Shown here: one piece after another, positions 1 through 11,500 of the stretch
How the letters are laid out: every line of letters starts with the position of its first letter
Numbering within the stretch: the first letter of the stretch is position 1
Position numbers and translations under genes: made by a program
Assembly (NCBI GenBank): GCA_964016885.1
Contig: OZ024750.1
Span: 41,602,001-41,666,000 of the forward strand
DNA: 64,000 bases
Origin: Eledone cirrhosa
Taxonomy: Eukaryota
Direction of reading: 5' to 3'
Notes under the pieces: model-generated
The model's database searches: none
Seen by the model: the letters and a program-made list of their open reading frames with translations, nothing else
Told to the model about the DNA's origin: nothing

Positions 1-124
1 ATATCTCAGCTGTGGTGGGGAGTGACAGACTCTACACCCCAGTCCAGGTGGTATATCTCAGCTGTGGTGGGGAGTGACAGACTCTGCACCCCAGTCTAGG
101 TGGCATATCTCAGCTGTGGTAGGG

Positions 125-3100
125 AGTGACAGACTCTACACCCCAGTCTAGGTGGTATATCTCAGCTGTGGCAGGGAATGACAGACTCTACACCCCAGTC
201 TAGATGGTATATCTCAGCTGTGGTAGGCACTGACAGGCTCTACACCCCAGTCTAGGTGGTATATCTCAGCTGTGGTAGGGAGTAACACACTCTACACCCC
301 AGTGTAGGTGGTATATCTCAGCTGTGGTAGGGAGTGGCAGACTCTACACCCCAGTCTAGGTGGTATATCTCAGCTGTGGTAGGGAGTGACAGACTCTACA
401 CCCCAGTCTAGAGGGTATATCTCAGCTGTGGTAGGGAGTGACAGACTCTACACTCCAGTCTAGGTGGTATATCTAAGCTGTGGTAGGGAGTGACAGACTC
501 TACACCCCAGTCTAGTTGGTATATCTCAGTTGTGGTAGGGAGTGACAGATTCTACACCACAGTCTAGAGGGTATATCTCAGCTGTGGTAGGGAGTGGCAG
601 ACTCTACACCCCAGTCTAGGTGGTATATCTCAGCTGTGGTAGGGAGTGACAGACTCTACACCCCAGTCTAGGTGGTATATCTCAGCTGTGGTAGGGATTG
701 GCAGACTCTACACCCCAGTCTAGAGGGTATATCTCAGCTGTGGTAGGCACTGACAGGCTCTACACCCCAGTCTAGGTGGTATATCTCAGCTGTGGTAGGG
801 AGTAACAGACTCTACACCCCAGTGTAGGTGGTATATCTCAGCTGTGGTAGGCAGTGGCAGACTCTACACCCCAGTCTAGGTGGTATATCTCAGCTGTGGC
901 AGGGAGTGACAGACTCTACACCCCAGTCTAGGTGGTATATCTCAGCTGTGGTGGGGAGTGACAGACTCTACACCCCAGTCTAGGTGGTATATCTCAGCTG
1001 TGGTAGGGAGTGACAGACTCTACACCCCAGTCTAGGTGGTATATCTCAGCTGGGGGTGACAGACTCTACACTCCAGTCCAGGTGGTATATCTCAGCTGTG
1101 GTAAGGAGTGACAGACTCTACACCCCAGTCTAGGTGGTATATCTCAGCTGTGGCAGGGAGTGACAGACTATACACCCCAGTCTAGGTGGTATATCTCAGC
1201 TGTGGTGGGGAGTGACAGACTCTACACCCCAGTCTAAGTGGTATATCTCAGCTGTGGCAGGGAGTGACAGACTCTACACCCCAGTCTAGGTGGTATATCT
1301 CAGCTGGGTGTGACAGACTCTACACCCCAGTCTAGGTGGTATATCTCAGCTGTGGCAGGGAGTGACAGACTCTACACCCCAGTCTAGGTGGTATATCTCA
1401 GCTGTGGTAGGGAGTGGCAGACTCTACACCCCAGTCTAGGTGGTATATCTCAGCTGTGGTGGGGAGTGACATACTCTACACCCCAGTCTAGGTGGTATAT
1501 CTCAGCTGTGGTGGGGAGTGACAGACTCTACACCCCAGTCCAGGTGGTATATCTCAGCTGTGGTAAGGAGTGACAAACTCTGCACCCCAGTCTAGGTGGT
1601 ATATCTCAGCTGTGGCAGGGAGTGACAGACTCTACACCCCAGTCTAGGTGGTATATCTCAGCTGGGAGTGACAGACTCTACACCCCAGTCTAGGTGGTAT
1701 ATCTCAGCTGTGGCAGGGAATGACAGACTCTACACCCCAGTCTAGATGGTATATCTCAGCTGTGGTAGGCACTGACAGGCTCTACACCCCAGTCTAGGTG
1801 GTATATCTCAGCTGTGGTAGGGAGTAACAGACTCTACACCCCAGTGTAGGTGGTATATCTCAGCTGTGGTAGGGAGTGGCAGACTCTACACCCCAGTCTA
1901 GGTGGTATATCTCAGCTGTGGTAGGGAGTGACAGACTCTACACCCCAGTCTAGAGGGTATATCTCAGCTGTGGTAGGGAGTGACAGACTCTACACCCCAG
2001 TCTAGGTGGTATATCTCAGCTGTGGTAGGGAGTCACAGACTCTACACCCCAGTCTAGTTGGTATATCTCAGTTGTGGTAGAGAGTGACAGATTCTACACC
2101 ACAGTCTAGAGGGTATATCTCAGCTGTGGTAGGGAGTGGCAGACTCTACACCCCAGTCCAGGTGGTATATCTCAGCTGTGGTAAGGAGTGACAAACTCTG
2201 CACCCCAGTCTAGGTGGTATATCTCAGCTGTGGCAGGGAGTGACAGACTCTACACCCCAGTCTAGGTGGTATATCTCAGCTGGGAGTGACAGACTCTACA
2301 CCCCAGTCTAGGTGGTATATCTCAGCTGTGGCAGGGAATGACAGACTCTACACCCCAGTCTAGATGGTATATCTCAGCTGTGGTAGGCACTGACAGGCTC
2401 TACACCCCAGTCTAGGTGGTATATCTCAGCTGTGGTAGGGAGTAACAGACTCTACACCCCAGTGTAGGTGGTATATCTCAGCTGTGGTAGGGAGTGGCAG
2501 ACTCTACACCCCAGTCTAGGTGGTATATCTCAGCTGTGGTAGGGAGTGACAGACTCTACACCCCAGTCTAGAGGGTATATCTCAGCTGTGGTAGGGAGTG
2601 ACAGACTCTACACCCCAGTCTAGGTGGTATATCTCAGCTGTGGTAGGGAGTCACAGACTCTACACCCCAGTCTAGTTGGTATATCTCAGTTGTGGTAGAG
2701 AGTGACAGATTCTACACCACAGTCTAGAGGGTATATCTCAGCTGTGGTAGGGAGTGGCAGACTCTACACCCCAGTCTAGGTCGTATATCTCAGCTGTGGT
2801 AGGGAGTAACAGACTCTACACCCCAGTGTAGGTGGTATATCTCAGCTGTGGTAGGGAGTGGCAGACTCTACACCCCAGTCTAGGTGGTATATCTCAGCTG
2901 TGGCAGGGAGTGACAGACTCTACACCCCAGTCTAGTTGGTATATATCAGCTGTGGTAGGGAGTGACAGACTCTACACCCCAGTCCAGGTGGTATATCTCA
3001 GCTGTGGTAGGGAGTGACAGACTCTGCACCCCAGTCTAGGTGGTATATCTCAGCTGTGGTGGGGAGTGACAGACTCTACACCCCAGTCGAGGTGGTATAT

Positions 3101-5550
3101 CTCAGCTGTGGTGGGGAGTGACAGACTCTACACCCCAGTCTAGGTGGTATATCTCAGCTGTGGTGGGGAGTGACAGACTCTACACCCCAGTCTAGGTGGT
3201 ATATCTCAGCTGTGGTGGGGAGTGACAGACTCTACACCCCAGTCCAGGTGGTATATCTCAGCTGTGGTGGGGAGTGACAGACTCTGCACCCCAGTCTAGG
3301 TGGTATATCTCAGCTGTGGTGGGGAGTGACAAACTCTACACCCCAGTGTAGGTGGTATATCTCAGCTGTGGTGGGGAGTGACAGACTCTACACCCCAGTC
3401 TAGGTGGTATATCTCAGCTGGGAGTGACAGACTCTACACCCCAGTCTAGGTGGCATATCTCAGCTGTGGTAGGCACTGACAGACTCTACACCCCAGTCTA
3501 GGTGGTATATCTCAGCTGTGGCAGGGAATGACAGACTCTACACCCCAGTCTAGATGGTATATCTCAGCTGTGGTAGGCACTGACAGGCTCTACACCCCAG
3601 TCTAGGTGGTATATCTCAGCTGTGGTAGGGAGTAACACACTCTACACCCCAGTGTAGGTGGTATATCTCAGCTGTGGTAGGGAGTGGCAGACTCTACACC
3701 CCAGTCTAGGTGGTATATCTCAGCTGTGGTAGGGAGTGACAGACTCTACACCCCAGTCTAGAGGGTATATCTCAGCTGTGGTAGGGAGTGACAGACTCTA
3801 CACTCCAGTCTAGGTGGTATATCTAAGCTGTGGTAGGGAGTGACAGACTCTACACCCCAGTCTAGTTGGTATATCTCAGTTGTGGTAGGGAGTGACAGAT
3901 TCTACACCACAGTCTAGAGGGTATATCTCAGCTGTGGTAGGGAGTGGCAGACTCTACACCCCAGTCTAGGTGGTATATCTCAGCTGTGGTAGGGAGTGAC
4001 AGACTCTAAACCCCAGTCTAGGTGGTATATCTCAGCTGTGGTAGGGATTGGCAGACTCTACACCCCAGTCTAGAGGGTATATCTCAGCTGTGGTAGGCAC
4101 TGACAGGCTCTACACCCCAGTCTAGGTGGTATATCTCAGCTGTGGTAGGGAGTAACAGACTCTACACCCCAGTGTAGGTGGTATATCTCAGCTGTGGTAG
4201 GCAGTGGCAGACTCTACACCCCAGTCTAGGTGGTATATCTCAGCTGTGGCAGGGAGTGACAGACTCTACACCCCAGTCTAGGTGGTATATCTCAGCTGTG
4301 GTGGGGAGTGACAGACTCTACACCCCAGTCTAGGTGGTATATCTCAGCTGTGGTAGGGAGTGACAGACTCTACACCCCAGTCTAGGTGGTATATCTCAGC
4401 TGGGGGTGACAGACTCTACACTCCAGTCCAGGTGGTATATCTCAGCTGTGGTAAGGAGTGACAGACTCTACACCCCAGTCTAGGTGGTATATCTCAGCTG
4501 TGGCAGGGAGTGACAGACTATACACCCCAGTCTAGGTGGTATATCTCAGCTGTGGTGGGGAGTGACAGACTCTACACCCCAGTCTAGGTGGTATATCTCA
4601 GCTGTGGCAGGGAGTGACAGACTCTACACCCCAGTCTAGGTGGTATATCTCAGCTGGGTGTGACAGACTCTACACCCCAGTCTAGGTGGTATATCTCAGC
4701 TGTGGCAGGGAGTGACAGACTCTACACCCCAGTCTAGGTGGTATATCTCAGTTGTGGTAGGGAGTGGCAGACTCTACACCCCAGTCTAGGTGGTATATCT
4801 CAGCTGTGGTGGGGAGTGACAGACTCTACACCCCAGTCTAGGTGGTATATCTCAGCTGTGGTGTGGAGTGACAGACACTACACCCCAGTCCAGGTGGTAT
4901 ATCTCAGCTGTGGTAAGGAGTGACAGACTCTGCACCCAAGTCTAGGTGGTATATCTCAGCTGTGGTAGGGAGTGACAGACTCTACAACCCAGTCTAGGTG
5001 GTATATCTCAGCTGTGGCAGGGAGTGACAGACTCTACACCCCAGTCTAGGTGGTATATCTCAGCTGGGAGTGACAGACTCTACATCCCAGTCTAGGTGGT
5101 ATATCTCAGCTGTGGCAGGGAATGACAGACTCTACACCCCAGTCTAGATGGTATATCTCAGCTGTGGTAGGCACTGACAGGCTCTACACCCCAGTCTAGG
5201 TGGTATATCTCAGCTGTGGTAGGGAGTAAAAGACTCTACACCCCAGTGTGGGTGGTATATCTCAGCTGTGGTAGGGAGTGGCAGACTCTACACCCCAGTC
5301 TAGGTGGTATATCTCAGCTGTGGTAGGGAGTGACAGACTCTACACCCCAGTCTAGAGGGTATATCTCAGCTGTGGTAGGGAGTGACAGACTCTACACCCC
5401 AGTCTAGGTGGTATATCTCAGCTGTGGTAGGGAGTCACAGACTCTACACCCCAGTCTAGTTGGTATATCTCAGTTGTGGTAGAGAGTGACAGATTCTACA
5501 CCACAGTCTAGAGGGTATATCTCAGCTGTGGTAGGGAGTGGCAGACTCTA
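125..5550. repeat. Related blocks at offset 3350 bp (about 125-2150 and 3475-5550)
   Basis: TGGCATATC at 101/3451, ATCTAAGCTG at 471/3821, GCAGTGGCAG at 851/4201, CAGCTGGGTG at 1301/4651, and ORF starts 1388/4738 are all +3350. The offset becomes 3402 after one extra monomer near 4960. Several private substitutions are present. Confidence 0.9.
1522..2776. repeat. Tandem duplication of 618 bp (12 monomers: 11x52 + 1x46)
   Basis: TGGTAAGGAGTGACAAACTCTGC at 1561 and 2179. The GTCACAG and GTAGAGAG variants recur at +618. No differences were noticed between the copies. Confidence 0.93.
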
Positions 5551-8500
5551 CACCCCAGTCTAGGTGGTATATCTCAGCTGTGGTAGGGAGTGACAGACTC
5601 TACACCCCAGTCTAGGTGGTATATCTCAGCTGTGGTAGGGAGTGACAGTCTCTACACCCCAGTCTAGGTGGTATATCTCAGCTGTGGTAGGGAGTGACAG
5701 ATTCTACACCCCAGTCTAGGTGGTATATCTCAGCTGTGGTAGGGAGTGACAGACTCTACACCCCAGTCTAGAGGGTATATCTCAGCTGTGGTAGGGATTG
5801 GCAGACTCTACACCCCAGTCTAGAGGGTATATCACAGCTGTGGTAAGGAGTGACAGACTCTACATCCCAGTCTAAGTGGTATATCTCAGCTGTGGTAGGG
5901 AGTGGCAGACTGTACACCCCAGTCAAGGTGGTATATCTCAGCTGTGGTAGGGAGTGACAGACTCTACACCCCAGTCTAGGTGGTATATCTCAGCTGTGGT
6001 AGGGAGTGACAGACTCTACACCCCAGTCTAGGTGGTATATCTCAGCTGTGGTAGGGAGTGACAGACTCTACACCCCAGTCTAGGTGGTATATCTCAGCTG
6101 GGAGTGACGACTCTGCACCCCAGTCTAGGTGGTATATCTCAGCTGTGGCAGGGAGTGACAAACTATACACCCCAGTCTAGGTGGTATATCTCAGCTGTGG
6201 TGGGGAGTGACAGACTCTACACCCCAGTCTAGGTGGTATATCTCATCTGTGGCAGGGAGTGACAGACTCTACACCCCAGTCTAGGTGGTATATCTCAGCT
6301 GGGAGTGACAGACTCTACACCCCAGTCTAGGTGGTATATCTCAGCTGTGGCAGGGAGTGACGGACTCTACACCCCAGTCTAGGTGGTATATCTCAGCTGT
6401 GGTGGGGACTGACAGACTCTACACCCCAGTCTAGGTGGTATATCTCAGTTGTGGTAGGGAGTGACAGACTCTACACCCCAGTCCAGGTGGTATATCTCCA
6501 CTGTGGTAGGGAGTGACAGACTCTACACCCCAGTCCAGGTGGAATATCTCCACTGTGGTAGGGAGTGACAGACTCTACACCCCAGTCTAGGTGGTATTTC
6601 TCAGCTGTGGTAGGGAGTAACAGACTCTACACCCCAGTGTAGGTGGTATATCTCAGCTGTGGTAGGGAGTGGCAGACTCTACACCCCAGTCTAGGTGGTA
6701 TATCTCAGCTGTGGTAGGGAGTGACAGACTCTACACCCCAGTCTAGAGGGTATATCTCAGCTGTGGTAGGGAGTGACAGACTCTACACTCCAGTCTAGGT
6801 GGTATATCTCAGCTGTGGCAGGGAGTGACAGACTCTACACCCCAGTCTAGTTGCTATATCTCAGTTGTGGTAGGGAGTGACAGATTCTACACCACAGTCT
6901 AGAGGGTATATCTCAGCTGTGGTAGGGAGTGGCAGACTCTACACCCCAGTCAAGGTGGTATATCTCAGCTGTGGCAGGGAGTGACAAACTCTGCACCCCA
7001 GTCTAGGTGGTATATCTCAGCTGTGGTAGGAAGTGACAGACTCTACACCCCAGTCTAGGTGGTATATCTCAGCTGTGGTAGGGAGTGACAGACTCTACAC
7101 CCCAGTCTAGTTGGTATATCTCAGCTGTGGTAGGGAGAGGTAGACTCTACACCCCAGTCTAGGTGGTATATCTCAGCTGTGGTGGGGACTGACAGACTCT
7201 AAACCCCAGTCTAGCTGGTATATCTCAGCTGTGGTAGGGAGTGACAGACTCTACACCCCAGTCCAGGTGGTATATTTCAGGTGTGGTAAGGAGTGTCAGA
7301 CTCTACACCCAGGTCTAGGTGGTATATCTCAGCTGTGGTGGGGAGTGACAGACTCTACACCCCAGTCTAGGTGGTATAACTCAGCTGGGAGTGACAGACT
7401 CTACACCCCAGTCTAAATGGTATATCTCAGCTGTGGTAGGCACTGAAAAACTCTACACCACAGTCTAGGTGGTATATCTCAGCTGTGGTAGGGAGTAACA
7501 GACTCTACACCCCAGTCTAGGTGGTATAACTCAGCTGGGAGTGACAGACTCTACACCCCAGTCTAAATGGTATATCTCAGCTGTGGTAGGCACTGAAAGA
7601 CTCTACACCCCAGTCTAGGTGGTATATCTCAATTGTGGTAGGGAGTGACAGATTCTACACCACTGTCTAGAGGGTATATCTCAGCTGTGGTAGGGATTGG
7701 CAGACTCTACACCCCAGTCTAGGTGGTATATCTCAGCTGTGGTATTGAGTGACAGACTCTACACCCCAGTCTAGGTGGTATATCTCAGCTGTGGTAGGGA
7801 GTGACAGACTCCACACCCCAGTCTAGCTGGTATATCTCAGCTGGAAGTCACAGACTCTACACCCCAGTCTAGAGGGTATATCTCAGCTGTGGTAAGGAGT
7901 GACAGACTCTACACCCCAGTCTAGGTGGTATATCTCAGCTGTGACAGGGAGTGACAGACTCTACACCCCAGTCTAGGTGGTATATCTCAGCTGTGGTGGG
8001 GAATGACAGACTCTACACCCCAGTCTAGGTGGTATATCTCAGCTGTGGCAGAGAGTGACAGACTCTACACCCCAGTCTAGGTGGTATATATCAGCTGTGA
8101 TAGGGAGTGACAGACTCTACACCCCAGTCTAGGTGGTATATCTCAGCTGTGGTAGGGAGTGACAGACTCTACACTCCAGTCTAGGTGGTATATCTCAGCT
8201 GTGGTAGGGACTGACAGACTCCACACCCCAGTCTAGGTGGTATATCTAAGCTGTGGTAGGGATTGGCAGACTCTACACCCCAGTCTAGAGGGTATATCTC
8301 AGCTGTGGTAGGGAGTGACAGACACTACACCCCAGTCTAGGTGGTATATCTCAGCTGTGGTAAGGAGTGACAGACTCTACACCCCAGTCTAGGTGGTATA
8401 TCTCAGCTGTGGTAGGGAGTGACAGACACTACACCCCAGTCTAGGTGGTATATCTCAGCTGTGGTAGGGAGTGACATACTCTACACCCCAGTCTAGGTGG

Positions 8501-11500
8501 TATATCTCAGCTGTGGTAGGGAGTGACATACTCTACACCCCAGTCTAGGTGGTATATCTCAGCTGTGGTAGGGAGTGACAGACTCTACACCCCAGTCTAG
8601 GTGGTATATCTCAGCTGTGGTAGGGAGTGACATACTCTACACTCCAGTCTAGGTGGTATATCTCAGCTGTGGTAGGGAGTGACAGACTCTACACCCCAGT
8701 CTAGGTGGTATATCTCAGCTGTGGCAGGGAGTGACAGACTCTACACCCCAGTCTAGGTGGTATATCTCAACTGTGGTAGGGAGTGACAGACTCTACACTC
8801 CAGTCCAGGTGGTATATCTCAGCTGGGAGTGACGACTCTGCACCCCAGTCTAGGTGGTATATCTCAGCTGTGGCAGGGAGTGACAGACTATACACCCCAG
8901 TCTAGGTGGTATATCTCAGCTGTGGTGGGGAGCGACAGACTCTACACCCCAGTCTAGGTGGTATATCTCATCTGTGGCAGGGAGTGACAGACTCTACACC
9001 CCAGTCTAGGTGGTATATCTCAGCTGGGAGTGACAGACTCTACACCCCAGTCGAGGTGGTATATCTCAGCTGTGGTGGGGACTGACAGACTCTACACCCC
9101 AGTCTAGGTGGTATATCTCAGTTGTGGTAGGGAGTGACAGACTCTACACCCCAGTCCAGGTGGTATATCTCCACTGTGGTAGGGAGTGACAGACTCTACA
9201 CCCCAGTCCAGGTGGTATATCTCCACTGTGGTAGGGAGTGACAGACTCTACACCCCAGTCTAGGTGGTATATTTCAGCTGTGGTAGGGAGTGACAGAATC
9301 TACACCCCAGTCTAGGTGGTATGTCTCAGCTGTGGTAGGGAGTGGCAGACTCTACACCCCAGTCCAGGTGGTATATCTCAGCTGTGGTGGGGAGTTACAG
9401 ACTCTAAACCCCAGTCTAGGTGGTATATCTCAGCTGTGGTGGGGAGTGACAGACTCTACACCCCAGTCTAGGTGGTATATCTCAGCTGTGGTGGGGAGTG
9501 ACAGACTCTACACCCCAGTCTAGGTGGTATATCTCAGCTGTGGTGGGGAGTGACAGACTCTACACCCCAGTCTAGGTGGTATATCTCAGCTGTGGTGGGG
9601 AGTGACAGACTCTACACCCCAGTCTAGGTGGTATATCTCAGCTGTGGTGGGGAGTGACAGACTCTACACCCCAGTCCAGGTGGTATATCTCAGCTGTGGT
9701 GGGGAGTGACAGACTCTGCACCCCAGTCTAGGTGGTATATCTCAGCTGTGGTGGGGAGTGACAGACTCTACACCCCAGTCTAGGTGGTATATCTCAGCTG
9801 TGGTGGGGAGTGACAGACTCTACACCCCAGTCTTGGTGGTATATCTCAGCTGTGGCAGGGAGTGACAGACTCTACACCCCAGTCTAGGTGGTATATCTCA
9901 GCTGTGGTGGGGAGTGACAGACTCTACACCCCAGTCTAGGTGGTATATCTCAGCTGTGGTAGGGAGTGACAGACTCTACACCCCAGTCTAGGTGGTATAT
10001 CTCAGCTGGGAGTGACAGACTCTACACTCCAGTCCAGGTGGTATATCTCAGCTGTGGTAAGGAGTGACAGACTCTACACCCCAGTCTAGGTGGTATATCT
10101 CAGCTGGGAGTGACGACTCTTCACCCCAGTCTAAATGGTATATCTCAGCTGTGGCAGGGAGTGACAGACTATAGACCCCAGTCTAGGTGGTATATCTCAG
10201 CTGTGGTGGGGAGTGACAGACTCTACACCCCAGTCTAGGTGGTATATCTCAGCTGTGGCAGGGAGTGACAGACTCTACACCCCAGTGTAGGTGGTATATC
10301 TCAGCTGTGGTAGGGAGTGGCAGATTCTACACCCCAGTCTAGGTGGTATATCTCAGCTGTGGTAGGGAGTGACAGACTCTACACCCCAGTCTAGAGGGTA
10401 TATCTCAGCTGTGGTAGGGAGTGACAGACTCTACACCCCAGTCTAGTTGGTATATCTCAGTTGTGGTAGGGAGTAACAGATTCTACACCAAAGTCTAGAG
10501 GGTATATCTCAGCTGTGGTAGGGAGTGGCAGACTCTACACCCCAGTCTAGGTGGTATATCTCAGCTGTGGTAGGGAGTGACAGACTCTACACCCCAGTCT
10601 AGGTGGTATATCTCAGCTGTGGTAGGGATTGGCAGACTCTACACCCCAGTATAGAGGGTATATCTCAGCTGTGGTAGGCACTGACAGGCTCTACACCCCA
10701 GTCTAGGTGGTATATCTCAGCTGTGGTAGGGAGTAACAGACTCTACACCCCAGTGTAGGTGGTATATCTCAGCTGTGGTAGGGAGTGGCAGACTCTACAC
10801 CCCAGTCTAGGTGGTATATCTCAGCTGTGGCAGGGAGTGACAGACTCTACACCCCAGTCTAGGTGGTATATCTCAGCTGTGGTGGGGAGTTACAGACTCT
10901 ACACCCCAGTTTAGGTGGTATATCTCAGCTGTGGTAGGGAGTGACAGACTCTACACACCAGTCCAGGTGGTATATCTCAGCTGTGGTAAGGAGTGACAGA
11001 CTCTACACCCTAGTCTAGGTGGTATATCTCAGCTGTGGTGGGGAGTGACAGACTCTATACCCCAGTCTAGGTGGTATATCTCATCTGTGGCAGGGAGTGA
11101 CAGACACTACACCCCAGTCTAGGTGGTATATCTCAGCTGTGGCAGGGAGTGACAGACTGTACACCCCAGTCTAGGTGGTATATCTCAGCTGGGAGTGACA
11201 GACTCTACACCCCAATCTAGGTGGTATATCTCAGTTGTGGCAGGGAGTGACAGACTCTACACCCCAGTCTAGGTGGTATATCTCAGCTGGGAGTGACAGA
11301 CTCTACACTCCAGTCTAGAGGGTATATCTCAGCTGTGTTGGGGAGTGACAAACTCTACCCCCCAGTCTAGGTGGTATATCTCAGCTGTAGTAGGGAGTAA
11401 CAGACTCTACACCCCAGTGTAGGTGGTATATCTCAGCTGTGGTAGGGAGTGGCAGACTCTACACCCCAGTCTAGGTGGTATATCTCAGCTGTGGTAGGGA

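Noticed and set aside
9-20. Chi-like or minisatellite-core resemblance (GCTGTGGTGG, GTGGCAGGGAG)
   Set aside because: It is not an exact GCTGGTGG. The similarity is loose and expected for G-rich sequence.
6498-6560. CACTGTG (reverse complement of the V(D)J RSS heptamer) in the CTCCACTG and CTACACTG variants
   Set aside because: There is no nonamer at 12 or 23 bp spacing and no gene segments. It is a chance product of substitutions.
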